Assembly: GCA_045537695.1 (NCBI GenBank)
Contig: JAZSQB010000046.1
Coordinates: 40,268 to 104,267 of the forward strand
DNA from: Clostridia bacterium
Lineage (GTDB): Bacteria; Bacillota; Clostridia; UBA1381; UMGS1253
Direction: 5' to 3'
Length of the DNA stretch: 64,000 nucleotides
Shown here piece after piece: positions 1-9,833 of the stretch (its first letter is position 1; each line of letters opens with the position of its first letter). Position numbers and translations under genes: made by a program. The notes beneath the pieces are model-generated. The model worked only from the letters and a program-made list of their open reading frames with translations. It had not been told where the DNA came from and did no database searches.

Positions 1-1845
1 AAAGTTGCCCCAAGGTTTTTTCTTGGCTTTGTAGGTGGACTTAATTTCCGTGCTGCCGCTAAAGCGCACATCATCGCTATTTAAAATGACTTCGTATTCG
101 CCACCGGCGGGTACGCCAATGGTGTAGTGCGGTCTGTCTACGGGCGTGAAACTGGAAACGACAACTAAGGCGTTGGATTTAGCCTTTGCATAGCGAACAA
201 AGGAAAAAACACTGTTGTTTTCGTCGCTTGCGTTAATCCACTCAAACCCGTCCCAGCTGTTTTCGATTTGCCAGAGACTCTTTTCAGCTTTGTAGGTTTC
301 GTTTAAATACTGGACAAAACGAAGTAAACCATCGTGTGTATCATATTCGTGCAGATTCCAGTCTAAGCCTTCCTCCGGACGCCATTCAATAAACTGACCG
401 AATTCTCCGCCCATAAAGAGCAGTTTTTTGCCCGGATGCGCCATCATATAGGCATAAAAGGCTTTTAATTGCTTAAACTTTTCATCGTATGTTCCATACA
501 TCTTATCTAATAGCGAACGTTTACCGTGCACCACTTCGTCGTGCGAGAGCGGCAGAATGTAGTTTTCGGAAAAAGCATAAAACATAGAGAAAGTCAAAGC
601 GTTATGGTTAAATTTGCGGAAATACGGGTCCATGGACATATAACGGAGTGAATCGTTCATCCAACCCATATTCCACTTGTAATTAAAACCAAGACCGCCC
701 TGGTCAACAGGTTTGGTAACGCTGGGCCAGGCGGTGGATTCTTCTGCAATCATTAACGCATTCGGATAGTCCTTGAAGATGGCTGCGTTTAAATTTTGCA
801 GGAATTTTACCGCTTCATAATTTTCATTGCCGCCGTCTTTGTTTGCGATCCAGTTGCCGTCACTTCTGTTGTAGTCGCGATAGAGCATAGAGGACACAGC
901 ATCCACGCGCAAACCGTCGATGTGATACATTTCAAACCAAAAGTGTGCGTTGGAAATGAGAAAGGAGAGAACTTCGTTTCTGCCGTAATCAAAAACGAGC
1001 GTGCCCCATTCCTTGTGCTCGCCGATGCGCGGGTCGGGGTATTCATAAATCGGCGTGCCGTCAAATTTGGCAAGGCCGTGTGCATCACGCGGAAAATGCG
1101 CCGGCACCCAGTCCATAATGACACCAATGCCGTTTTGATGACATGCATCGATAAAGCGCATCAATTGCTCCGGTGTGCCGTATCGGCTGGTAGCAGCATA
1201 ATAACCGGTAACCTGATAGCCCCAGGAACCGTCAAACGGATGCTCGGAGAGCGGCATAACTTCAATATGTGTATAACCCATACCCTTGACATAGGGGATA
1301 AGCGTGTCGATTAATTCTTCGTAGGTATACACACCACCGTCTTCTTTGCGACGCCAGGAACCGAGATGTGCTTCATAAATCAGCATCGGACGGTCATACG
1401 GCGCAGTTTTGCTTGCGGCAGCCTGCCATTTTTTGTCCTTCCATTTATATCCACTGATATCGTGTACAACGGAGGCGGTGTTTGGGCGAACTTCCGCATA
1501 AAAACCGTACGGGTCTGTCTTGTATACAACTTCTCCGCTTTGCGTCTTAATTGCATATTTATAAATATCGCCGGCTTGCATTGCATTGGAAACGCATACC
1601 CATACACCGGTGCTTTCTATGCTTTGCAGAGGCGAATGCTGTGTGTCCCAGTTGTTGAAATTGCCGACCAAAGATACGGCTAAAGCATTTGGCGCCCAAA
1701 CGGCAAAGCGGTAACCATCAAAATCTTCGGCAGTGTATTTGTGACAGCCGAACAGCTTATATGCTTGCGAATTCGTGCCACGACCAAACAAATACAACTG
1801 AAAATCTGTGATGCCGTACCAATTTTTTGCTTGCTTGTTTGTCAT
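1..1845 (-). CDS. glgB: 1,4-alpha-glucan branching enzyme, 3' end truncated by the window edge
   Basis: Not in the ORF track because it runs off the window. The reverse translation starts at ATG 1845-1843 (MTNKQAKNWYGITDFQLYLFGRG...) behind a GGAGG RBS. GH13 branching-enzyme motifs are present: HIDGLRVDAV, GGEFGQ, IAEEST. Confidence 0.9.
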   Translation of the reverse strand, partial: MTNKQAKNWYGITDFQLYLFGRGTNSQAYKLFGCHKYTAEDFDGYRFAVWAPNALAVSLVGNFNNWDTQHSPLQSIESTGVWVCVSNAMQAGDIYKYAIKTQSGEVVYKTDPYGFYAEVRPNTASVVHDISGYKWKDKKWQAAASKTAPYDRPMLIYEAHLGSWRRKEDGGVYTYEELIDTLIPYVKGMGYTHIEVMPLSEHPFDGSWGYQVTGYYAATSRYGTPEQLMRFIDACHQNGIGVIMDWVPAHFPRDAHGLAKFDGTPIYEYPDPRIGEHKEWGTLVFDYGRNEVLSFLISNAHFWFEMYHIDGLRVDAVSSMLYRDYNRSDGNWIANKDGGNENYEAVKFLQNLNAAIFKDYPNALMIAEESTAWPSVTKPVDQGGLGFNYKWNMGWMNDSLRYMSMDPYFRKFNHNALTFSMFYAFSENYILPLSHDEVVHGKRSLLDKMYGTYDEKFKQLKAFYAYMMAHPGKKLLFMGGEFGQFIEWRPEEGLDWNLHEYDTHDGLLRFVQYLNETYKAEKSLWQIENSWDGFEWINASDENNSVFSFVRYAKAKSNALVVVSSFTPVDRPHYTIGVPAGGEYEVILNSDDVRFSGSTEIKSTYKAKKKPWGNF

Positions 1846-1969
1846 GAGCGCGCCTCCTAAAATATATTAGTAATTATTTTCTAATAGTATATCACATTAT
1901 TGACATAAAATCAATTGGTTTTAATAAAATTTTCTTCCAAAATCCGCCGCTTGCGGACTTAGTCTCTTA

Positions 1970-2824
1970 TTATGCTTTCAAATCGATTTTATAGGTGGTT
2001 GGAGTTACACCAAACGTCTTCTTAAATACACGGTTAAAATACGTGACATTGTTAAAACCGGATTCTAGAGAAATTTCGATAATGGTTTTATCGGTATTTT
2101 TAAGCATAGCACAGGCATGCGCCAGACGCACCTTTGTTACATAGTCTGAAAAGGTTAAACCCATTTCTTTTTTATACAATCTGCCGAGATAGTTTTCATT
2201 GAAGAAAAACAGCTTTGCCAGATGCTTGAGCGAAAGAATATTTGCATAGTTTGCGTTTACATAGTTGTTAATGGAGCGTACACACCAATGCATATCGCTT
2301 TTGCTTTGTAATTTATAATACTGACATAGCATCAGTATGTAACTTTTTAGTATTTCGCCGGTTTGAGCCCATTGTTCGAGTTTTGCGGCGTTTGTCTGTT
2401 TCGGACGTGCGAGTAAAAGACGGTATTCGTCTACGCCGGTGCGCTTTGCCATACGTGCAATGTGTTGTTTCGTTTTTTCGTCTTCCGTATTGATGTGTCC
2501 GACATAAATTACAGAAATCAGTTTTTGGTTAAAATAGACCGGTGTAATATATTCTGTCAGACCAAAGGGACAGGTATTAACATAGGGAGCGCTGCTCATA
2601 TGGCATTTTTTTATCGTTAGTGCCTTACAAGCCAGACAGTGCATGGCACCCTTTGCGGTTGACTTTGCTGTATGACAAAAACTATGCATATGCGTTAGAT
2701 TCTGCGTTTCAAGTTGCATAATTGTATTGGACATCATGCCGCAGAGGTCTAATATACAAATGTGTATATCCGATTCGGCCGAAAGAACATTTACGATGGT
2801 TTGTAAAGATGCTATTGGCTCCAT
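1970..2824 (-). CDS. AraC-family transcriptional regulator with an N-terminal Cys-rich PocR-like sensor domain
   Basis: 284 aa. The C-terminal HTH_AraC region reads FSDYVTKVRLAHACAMLKNTDKTIIEISLESGFNNVTYFNRVFKK. The N-terminus carries CLACK...CPFGL cysteines typical of PocR domains. RBS is GAGGTG. Confidence 0.8.
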   Translation of the reverse strand: MEPIASLQTIVNVLSAESDIHICILDLCGMMSNTIMQLETQNLTHMHSFCHTAKSTAKGAMHCLACKALTIKKCHMSSAPYVNTCPFGLTEYITPVYFNQKLISVIYVGHINTEDEKTKQHIARMAKRTGVDEYRLLLARPKQTNAAKLEQWAQTGEILKSYILMLCQYYKLQSKSDMHWCVRSINNYVNANYANILSLKHLAKLFFFNENYLGRLYKKEMGLTFSDYVTKVRLAHACAMLKNTDKTIIEISLESGFNNVTYFNRVFKKTFGVTPTTYKIDLKA

Positions 2825-3109
2825 TCACTTCACCTCATGTTTGCTATTATACTTATTTTAACACAAAAGTATGTTTTGTTCAAGGCTTAATGTGTTTTTA
2901 AAAAATTTGTCCGCATGCATTGGATTATAACGATTATGCAAGCAACAAAAGCAAAAATTACAGAGTTTTCTTTTTGATTTAAAACAAAAATGGTTGAAGA
3001 AAATGCAGAACTATGAAATTTTTGCTGTTTTTTACACAATAATTGACATTGTTTTGTATTCGTGCTAAACTAACTGCGAAGAATCTCTTGAACCGAGGTG
3101 TTTTCGTAT

Positions 3110-3928
3110 ATGAAACATTACATAGATGCAGATAATTTGCTGTCGCCGATATTCGTGGAGCGCGAGCGACGTGAGACACGTATGCCGACCGTAAAAGAGC
3201 ACGTGCATAATTTCTATGAATTGTACTTTTTAGTTGATGGACAAATTGATAAGTTTATTGAAAATCGCAGTTATCATTTAAAACCGCTCGATATGGTTGT
3301 TGTGCCGCCGCAGGTGTTGCATAAGTCCTTACTGTGTAAGGATTTTCGTCATGAACGAATGTTGGTGTATTTTGACGAACGAAGTGCGCCGAAGGAAATC
3401 CTGGAAGCGCTTTCAACACTGCAGGGTGTTATTTCCTTATCGAATGATGCGTCAATGCGCGTATTTAAATTGTTTAATATTCTTTTGCGTGAGCACGCAC
3501 AGGAGGAATGGTATACGCAATATGTATCCGCTGTGCTTTGCGAGATGTTGATTGTGATTTTGCGCAACGTCAAAGTGAAAAATGAAAATTATGCCGGCAT
3601 TCGCTTTGATAGGATTATTGACTATGTAAAAGCGCATTGTACGGAGCAGATTTCTCTGCGTGCTACAGCGAAAACCTTTTTTATCAGCGAAGCGCACCTA
3701 AGTCGTCTGTTTCGTAAGAATACAGGATTTACTTTTACACAGTATGTGAATTACCAGCGCATTATATTTTCGCATGCACTGCTCGCGAAAAGCGATATGA
3801 ATATCGGTGAAATTGCCAGTGCGAGTGGATTTGAAAATTTAACGCACTTTGGACGCGTATTTAAGCAGTTGACCGGCTATTCGCCGCGTGATTACAGAAA
3901 ACAGATGTCGTATCTGCAATATGATTGA
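3110..3928 (+). CDS. AraC-family transcriptional regulator (cupin sensor plus HTH)
   Basis: The C-terminus reads LSRLFRKNTGFTFTQYVNYQRI...SGFENLTHFGRVFKQLTGYSPRDYR and the N-terminus is cupin-like (HNFYELYFLVDG). ATG 3110 is preferred over GTG 3098, which overlaps the GAGGTG RBS. Confidence 0.85.
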   Translation: MKHYIDADNLLSPIFVERERRETRMPTVKEHVHNFYELYFLVDGQIDKFIENRSYHLKPLDMVVVPPQVLHKSLLCKDFRHERMLVYFDERSAPKEILEALSTLQGVISLSNDASMRVFKLFNILLREHAQEEWYTQYVSAVLCEMLIVILRNVKVKNENYAGIRFDRIIDYVKAHCTEQISLRATAKTFFISEAHLSRLFRKNTGFTFTQYVNYQRIIFSHALLAKSDMNIGEIASASGFENLTHFGRVFKQLTGYSPRDYRKQMSYLQYD

Positions 3929-3969
3929 TGCAAAGCCTGCGGGATGACCGCAGGCTTTGCATGTTTTTT
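3929..3969 (+). terminator. Rho-independent terminator
   Basis: A 13 bp stem, GCAAAGCCTGCGG (3930-3942) with CCGCAGGCTTTGC (3948-3960), is followed by a T6 run. Confidence 0.8.
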
Positions 3970-4179
3970 GGGGGTACTGCATTGATGAAATACTGACAGA
4001 TACAATTAAGTATGTTAACCTTACTGCAGAAAGAGGATGAAAGCCGAAGGGAATGCACATCGCTTGTCGGGCGCGTATTTTTTGTCAAACATGTGTTTTT
4101 TATTGACTTTATAAATCTTGTGTGATAAAATTACTGTTGGCTAATAATCAAAATTGTTTAAAAGAGAGGATGTTTTTTT

Positions 4180-5010
4180 GTGTTACCGGCATTTGCGTCA
4201 GGTTTTGTGAGCGAGATGGATTGCTATCAGATGGCTGATTTTTTTGTGGAGACAGGTGTAAATAACATTATGCTTGCCAGATACCATTATCTTCCGTTTC
4301 TCAACGGGGAAAAAGATGTAAAAGAATATAAAAAATATATAGATGATATTGATTTTCATATTCCGGAAGGGCACTTGCTTATTGCCGGTCCTGGCAATAT
4401 CACGTCGCTCGACAATGAATATGCAATGGATAATCTGAAAAGAAATCTGGATGTCTTCTATGAACTCGGCGTTAAAAATGCCATCATTCATTATGCGAAT
4501 TGCGGAACACATCTTGATCCGATTGAAAAGTGGTTTGATGTCAGAATAGATGCCCTCAATAAGCTTATAAAGCATATAGAAGGAACCGATATGGTCATCT
4601 GCCTTGAAAACCTCAGCCGCATTCATGACTATGATGCAGGGCATTTGCTGACAATGTGCAAGGCGGTTGATAATCCGGAGCACATTGGTATATGTCTGGA
4701 TACGGGACATTTGAATTTGGCAGAAGCTAGCAAAAATCAATATGATTTCATCATGCAGGCAGGCAAATGGTTAAAAGCGATTCATATACACGATAACAAA
4801 GGTCCGGAGAAAGGCGGAGATGCGCATGCTATGCCATTCGATTTGGGCTCTGTAAATTGGGCGGATGTAAAGCGCGGCTTGATGAAAGTAAATTATCAGC
4901 AACGGTTTACCTATGAACTTTGCCAACGCTTTGCTTCAAATCCGATTGAAATTAAGAAGCTTCAGGTGCAATATCTTCTGGGAATATATAATGCGTATTT
5001 TGCATTTTGA
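4180..5010 (+). CDS. Sugar phosphate isomerase/epimerase (xylose-isomerase-like TIM barrel)
   Basis: 276 aa with CLENL, DTGHLNL and IHIHDN motifs typical of AP_endonuc_2/TIM-barrel isomerases. The GTG start sits behind AGAGAGGA. Confidence 0.75.
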   Translation: MLPAFASGFVSEMDCYQMADFFVETGVNNIMLARYHYLPFLNGEKDVKEYKKYIDDIDFHIPEGHLLIAGPGNITSLDNEYAMDNLKRNLDVFYELGVKNAIIHYANCGTHLDPIEKWFDVRIDALNKLIKHIEGTDMVICLENLSRIHDYDAGHLLTMCKAVDNPEHIGICLDTGHLNLAEASKNQYDFIMQAGKWLKAIHIHDNKGPEKGGDAHAMPFDLGSVNWADVKRGLMKVNYQQRFTYELCQRFASNPIEIKKLQVQYLLGIYNAYFAF

Positions 5011-5041
5011 TGCTTAGATTATTTTGACATACCAAACGCAG

Positions 5042-5078
5042 GCGAGCTGCCTTTTTAGGGCAGCTCGCTTTTTGTTTT
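5042..5078 (+). terminator. Rho-independent terminator
   Basis: GCGAGCTGCC pairs with GGCAGCTCGC across a 7 nt loop, followed by TTTTTGTTTT. Confidence 0.85.
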
Positions 5079-5212
5079 ACAACAGCGTACGGTATTTTTG
5101 GGCAGAAACGCGCATTGTTTTTTTATGTAGTAGAAAAATAGTTTGCGTCGTTATAGCCGCAATCTCCTGTAATTTCTGCAATGCTAAATAAAGGATGCAT
5201 CTGCATCCTTTA

Positions 5213-5761
5213 TTAATTATGTTTATTTAGCTTATTCGCTGCTGAAAAAGATAAAACGAGCTTTAATATATCCGGCAGCAGAAACGGTAGGACACATATA
5301 CTCAATACGCTTATAAATCCGGCAAGTGAAAAGTTTTTTATATACAGCGTTACATACCAAAGACTGCCGGAGAGATAACACAAGCATTGCCCGGCAAATA
5401 AAACGATTATTTTTTTGTGCTTGCTGTTCTTATGCAGTCGACTTGTGGCCCAATAAAGCAGCGGAATGGCGAGAAAACCGAAAATGAATCCGCCGGTTGC
5501 GCCGAATAGTATGCTTACGCCGCCGGTAAATCCGGAAAAAACGGGCAAACCGATTATACCGAGCAAAATATAGATAAGTACACAGAGCGTAGCTCGTTTG
5601 CCACCAAGCAACTGCGGGGCAAGAAACACAGCAAAGCTTTGCATGGTAAACGGAACTGTAAAAGGTATTTTAATCCAGGCGCAAAGAATCAAAAGTGTGG
5701 TGCACAGCGCAATGTGTGTGATGCTTCGTGTCGGAAAATGTGCGTTTGTTTTGTTGTTCAT
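5213..5761 (-). CDS. bioY: Biotin transporter S-component BioY
   Basis: 182 aa polytopic protein. PFTMQSFAVFLAPQLLGGK...GLPVFSGFTGG...GGFIFGF matches the BioY family pattern. Confidence 0.85.
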   Translation of the reverse strand: MNNKTNAHFPTRSITHIALCTTLLILCAWIKIPFTVPFTMQSFAVFLAPQLLGGKRATLCVLIYILLGIIGLPVFSGFTGGVSILFGATGGFIFGFLAIPLLYWATSRLHKNSKHKKIIVLFAGQCLCYLSGSLWYVTLYIKNFSLAGFISVLSICVLPFLLPDILKLVLSFSAANKLNKHN

Positions 5762-5887
5762 GCTCTACACCTCAAAACTATTGTAGCATTTGCCGCATGG
5801 CTTGTCAATGCAGATAAATTTTCACGGACAAACAGAAAACGAGAAATTCTGCATATACATTTAGCATACATGTATGGAGGGATGTTT

Positions 5888-6607
5888 ATGTTTTTTGAAC
5901 TGTTAAGTGTGCTTGGCGTGTGGCTGAAACATTTTTTGTTTGCCGGTTATATGTCTGGTGGTGTGTTTCCAAAACCGCTTTCGGCAGCGGAAGAAAAAGA
6001 GTATGTTGCGTTAATGCATCATGGGGATGCGAATGCGCGTTCTACTTTGATTGAAAGAAACCTTCGCCTGGTGGCGCACGTGGTTAAAAAATATGTAGCA
6101 ACGCAAAATGCGGATACGGAAGATTTAATCTCCATTGGCACAATTGGGCTAATCAAGGCCGTGGACAGTTTTAAGGGGGATAAGAAAATACGACTCGCTA
6201 CCTATGCGGCGCGGTGCATACATAATGAAATACTGATGCATTTCCGCGCAGAAAAAAATCGCAGAAACGAGCTATCGCTCTCTGAACCGGTTGGCACGGA
6301 CGGTGAGGGGAATACGCTTGCGCTGATGCATATTCTGCACGAGGAGGCGGAGGAAATTGAAGATGATATTTTACTGAAAAATCAAGTAGAAAAGCTATAT
6401 ACCCTGTTGGACGTATGTCTTTCGGAGCGCGAACGCGAAATTATTGTACTTCGATACGGTTTGGGTGGCAATGATGCCCTTGCGCAACGCGAAATTGCAC
6501 AAAGGCTTTGTATTTCTCGTTCTTATGTATCACGTATAGAAAAAAAGGCAATTCATAAACTAAAGGAAAATATGATTGCGTGTGGTTATGGGGAGGACTT
6601 AATATGA
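5888..6607 (+). CDS. sigK: Sporulation sigma factor pro-sigma-K, uninterrupted
   Basis: The sequence GVFPKPLSAAEEKEYV...LIERNLRLVAHVVKKY...ATYAARCIHNEILMH...ISRSYVSRIEKKA closely parallels B. subtilis SigK, including a hydrophobic pro-peptide. The start was moved to ATG 5888, 6 nt after GGAGGG. The 5639 track start would overlap bioY on the opposite strand. Confidence 0.9.
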   Translation: MFFELLSVLGVWLKHFLFAGYMSGGVFPKPLSAAEEKEYVALMHHGDANARSTLIERNLRLVAHVVKKYVATQNADTEDLISIGTIGLIKAVDSFKGDKKIRLATYAARCIHNEILMHFRAEKNRRNELSLSEPVGTDGEGNTLALMHILHEEAEEIEDDILLKNQVEKLYTLLDVCLSEREREIIVLRYGLGGNDALAQREIAQRLCISRSYVSRIEKKAIHKLKENMIACGYGEDLI

Positions 6608-7878
6608 TACGCGGACTTCGTGAGGGAACGCGCGGCGCCTATGTACAACTTTTGCAGCTTGCTTTGTCTCGTGCTGGGCTGGCTGTTACAAAGGACGGTG
6701 TATTCGGCGAGATGACGCGTGTATCTTTAGAACGATTTCAAAAGGAAAACCAACTGCCGGCGACCGGTATTGTAGATGCAGACACACAAGATGCACTTTT
6801 GCCTTATTTGCGCGGATATATAGAAATAGTTGTGCAACCCGGTGACAGTTATTACTTTCTCGCGCAGCGGTATGATACGACCGTGGCGGCGATTCGCCGT
6901 GCAAATCCGGGTGTTAATCCATCGCGCCTTGTCATCGGTAGCAGAATTTATGTCCCTTTTGGATTTGCGTTGGTTTCTACGGATATCGAATATACATATT
7001 ACTATTTATCATTGTTGATAAATGGTTTGCGTGTCCGTTTTCCGTTTTGCACCTATCGAAGCATCGGCAAAACGCGACAGGGGAAGGATATTTTCTGTAT
7101 TGATGTCGGTAGCGGAGAAAAGCAACTGATGTATAATGCAACGCATCACGCAAATGAGTGGATTACAACGCCGCTTTTGCTTAAGTTTTTTGAAGAATAT
7201 GCAACGGCGATTGTACGCGGTGATTTCATTTATGCCAAAGATGCATTTTTGCTGTATCGCAAAACGCGCTTATCTCTGATACCAATGCTCGATGCGGACG
7301 GCGTTGATATTGTCAACGGCGTAGCGACAGAGGAAGCTTTGGCGCTTTCACAAAAAATTGCAGCAGCGTTTCCGGAAATTCCGTATCCGTCAGGTTGGAA
7401 AGCAAATGGCATCGGCGTAGACCTGAATTTGAATTATCCTGCACAGTGGGAGCGTGCAAGAGAAATTAAATTTGCGCAGGGGTATACCCGGCCTGCGCCG
7501 CGCGATTACGTCGGTCCGACACCGCTTTCAGAACCGGAAGCACAAGCAATGGTCGATTTTACGCAGAGCAATGATTTTCTGCTGACTATATCATATCATT
7601 CACAAGGTAGTGTCATTTACTGGCGTTTTGATGATTATATGCCGCCACGTGCGCTGGAATTCGGCGAAGCATTTTCGCAGGCGAGTGGGTATCCGCTAGA
7701 AACAACACCGCTTGTATCCGGTGCGGCGGGGTATAAGGATTGGTTTATTCAAACTTACAACCGACCGGGGTATACGGTCGAGGTCGGCATTGGCGAAAGC
7801 CCTCTGCCGCTCTCACAATTTGACGAAATATACAAAAATAATATCGGAATTCTGGTTTTGGGTGTATATCTTTTATAA
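6604..7878 (+). CDS. Cell-wall peptidase with PG-binding domain, LysM and an M14 zinc carboxypeptidase/gamma-D-Glu-DAP endopeptidase-like domain
   Basis: The N-terminus is PG_binding_1-like (VQLLQLALSRAGL...DGVFG), followed by LysM (VQPGDSYYFLAQRY...) and an M14 zinc motif (HHANEW). The ATG overlaps the sigK TGA (ATGA at 6604-6607) behind GGGGAGG. Confidence 0.75.
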   Translation: MIRGLREGTRGAYVQLLQLALSRAGLAVTKDGVFGEMTRVSLERFQKENQLPATGIVDADTQDALLPYLRGYIEIVVQPGDSYYFLAQRYDTTVAAIRRANPGVNPSRLVIGSRIYVPFGFALVSTDIEYTYYYLSLLINGLRVRFPFCTYRSIGKTRQGKDIFCIDVGSGEKQLMYNATHHANEWITTPLLLKFFEEYATAIVRGDFIYAKDAFLLYRKTRLSLIPMLDADGVDIVNGVATEEALALSQKIAAAFPEIPYPSGWKANGIGVDLNLNYPAQWERAREIKFAQGYTRPAPRDYVGPTPLSEPEAQAMVDFTQSNDFLLTISYHSQGSVIYWRFDDYMPPRALEFGEAFSQASGYPLETTPLVSGAAGYKDWFIQTYNRPGYTVEVGIGESPLPLSQFDEIYKNNIGILVLGVYLL

Positions 7879-7903
7879 AAATGTGAGAATTTGAAATTTA
7901 CCA

Positions 7904-7932
7904 TTGCAAAACTTGCAAAAATGCGATATAAT
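7904..7932 (+). promoter_or_regulatory. Sigma-A-type promoter
   Basis: TTGCAA (7904-7909), a 17 nt spacer, then TATAAT (7927-7932), upstream of the aminotransferase gene. Confidence 0.55.
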
Positions 7933-7996
7933 ACTGAAAAAATGAAGTAAAAATGAAATTCTTGATTGCAATTGATGCAAAAACGGAGGATATGAC

Positions 7997-9184
7997 ATGG
8001 GATTTATTGCAGATAAGGCAGCTCGCGTCAGCCCGTCGTCCACCTTGGCGATTGACTCGAAGGCGAAGGCAATGAAAGCACAGGGAATAGACGTTGTGGC
8101 TTTTGGTGCAGGTGAGCCGGATTTTGATACACCGCAGCACATAAAAAATGCAGCGATTGAAGCGATTATTGCTGGTAAAACCAAGTATACACCGGCATCC
8201 GGTACGATGGAATTAAAAGAAGCGGTTTGCCGCAAATTTGCGCGTGATAACGGTCTTACGTATGCGCCGGAAAATATCGTGATTTCCAACGGTGCAAAGC
8301 ATTCTTTGATGAATGTGTTTACTGCGATTTGCAACCCGGGCGATGAAGTGATTATTCCTGCGCCGTTCTGGGTAAGCTATCCGGAGATGGTAAGGCTTGC
8401 AGACGGTGTGCCGGTCGTGCTGGAGACCAGGGAAGAAAATGACTTTAAATTCACCGCGGCAGAACTGGAAGCTGCAATTACGCCGAAAACACGCGCACTT
8501 GTTTTAAATACACCGAGCAACCCGACCGGTATGGTTTATACCAAAGAAGAATTGATGGAGATTGCCAAGATTTGTGTGCGCCACGATCTTTATGTTGTAT
8601 CCGATGAAATTTATGAGCATATTGTATACGGTGATTTCCCGACAAGCATTGCGGCACTCGGTGATGATATTAAGGAAAGAAGCATCATTGTAAACGGCGT
8701 TTCCAAGACCTATGCAATGACTGGATGGCGTATCGGTTATGTTGCATGCAGCGCTCCGCTTGCGAAGGTGATGAGCAATATTCAGAGTCACGCAACATCC
8801 AACCCGAACTCCATTGCGCAGGTTGCAGCGATTGCAGCCTTGGATGGTCCGATGGATGAAATGGCTAAAATGAAGGCTGCGTTTGATGAAAGACGCAAAT
8901 ATATGGTTGAACGCATTAACGGCATTGAAGGTGTGTCCTGCAGAGTACCGAAGGGTGCGTTCTATGTGATGATGAATATTTCGGCGCTCAAGGGTAAGAT
9001 CATCGGCGGCGTAAAGATTGAAACCTCGGATGATTTTGCAAATGCATTTTTAGATAAAGCGCTTGTGGCAGTTGTGCCGGGCAGCGGCTTTGCGGCTGAC
9101 GATTATGTGCGTTGGTCCTATGCAACCAGCATGGAAAACATTAAAAAAGGCTTGGATAGATTAGAAGCGTTCATACAAGCATAA
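7997..9184 (+). CDS. Aspartate aminotransferase (class I PLP-dependent)
   Basis: 395 aa with GEPDFDTP, NPSNPTG-like TPSNPTGMVY and the SKTYAMTGWRIGY lysine motif. GGAGG lies 7 nt upstream. Confidence 0.9.
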   Translation: MGFIADKAARVSPSSTLAIDSKAKAMKAQGIDVVAFGAGEPDFDTPQHIKNAAIEAIIAGKTKYTPASGTMELKEAVCRKFARDNGLTYAPENIVISNGAKHSLMNVFTAICNPGDEVIIPAPFWVSYPEMVRLADGVPVVLETREENDFKFTAAELEAAITPKTRALVLNTPSNPTGMVYTKEELMEIAKICVRHDLYVVSDEIYEHIVYGDFPTSIAALGDDIKERSIIVNGVSKTYAMTGWRIGYVACSAPLAKVMSNIQSHATSNPNSIAQVAAIAALDGPMDEMAKMKAAFDERRKYMVERINGIEGVSCRVPKGAFYVMMNISALKGKIIGGVKIETSDDFANAFLDKALVAVVPGSGFAADDYVRWSYATSMENIKKGLDRLEAFIQA

Positions 9185-9187
9185 TTT

Positions 9188-9220
9188 AAGAGCAAGGTCA
9201 AATTTTGACCTTGCTCTTTT
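9188..9220. terminator. Bidirectional terminator between convergent genes
   Basis: Perfect 15 bp palindrome AAGAGCAAGGTCAAA-T-TTTGACCTTGCTCTT flanked by A and T runs. Confidence 0.85.
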
Positions 9221-9701
9221 AATGATGTATAATATCACAAATATCAAATGCAATAGCTTTGCTGAGTGCTTCAAGCGTTAATTCCAATTGATAACCGATT
9301 TTGCCGGCGCTGACAAAGAAAGTGTCCACATTTTGCGCCGAAGTGTGCACCACGGTTTTGAAAAACTTCTTCATTCCAATTGGGGAGCAACCGCCGCGGA
9401 TATAGCCGGTGACTTTGTTGATATCGGCGACTTTTATCATTTCAACGGCTTTTTCACCGACTGCTTTTGCTGCGGCTTTTAAATCCAGTTCCGCTGCCAC
9501 GGGAATCACGAAAACATAATACTGCTTGGACGGTGCTTGCGTAACCAGCGTTTTAAATACCTTTTCTACCGGCATACCGATTTTATTCGCGACGGAAATA
9601 CCGTCGATTGCACCGTCATCACCTGTATACTGGTGCGCAGTGTATTCGATTTTCTTCGCATCCAATATGCGCATCGCATTTGTTTTGCAATTTGCTTTCA
9701 T
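9219..9701 (-). CDS. ybaK: Cys-tRNA(Pro)/Cys-tRNA(Cys) deacylase YbaK
   Basis: 160 aa with KTNAMRILD...KTLV...TGYIRGGCSPIGMKK, a YbaK/EbsC family signature. Confidence 0.85.
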   Translation of the reverse strand: MKANCKTNAMRILDAKKIEYTAHQYTGDDGAIDGISVANKIGMPVEKVFKTLVTQAPSKQYYVFVIPVAAELDLKAAAKAVGEKAVEMIKVADINKVTGYIRGGCSPIGMKKFFKTVVHTSAQNVDTFFVSAGKIGYQLELTLEALSKAIAFDICDIIHH

Positions 9702-9833
9702 TTTTTAATTCACCTTGCTTTCTTCGTTGAGATTATTATAGCTGTTTTGGCAGAAAAATTCAAGTGTTAGGATTGATTTGTTATAAATTTAGTGATATAA
9801 TACAAGGCATATAATTTTAATGGGGGAAACAGT

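Noticed and set aside
796-1683. Track ORFs 796-1314(+), 807-1148(-), 1366-1683(+) and 1380-1607(-).
   Set aside because: All lie inside or antisense to the clearly recognisable glgB reading frame (minus strand, 1-1845). Their translations are low-complexity and lack RBSs.
5639-5887. A long N-terminal extension of the sigK ORF starting at 5639.
   Set aside because: It would overlap bioY on the opposite strand and adds Cys/Arg-rich junk. Homology to SigK begins at the hydrophobic pro-peptide, and a GGAGGG RBS precedes ATG 5888.
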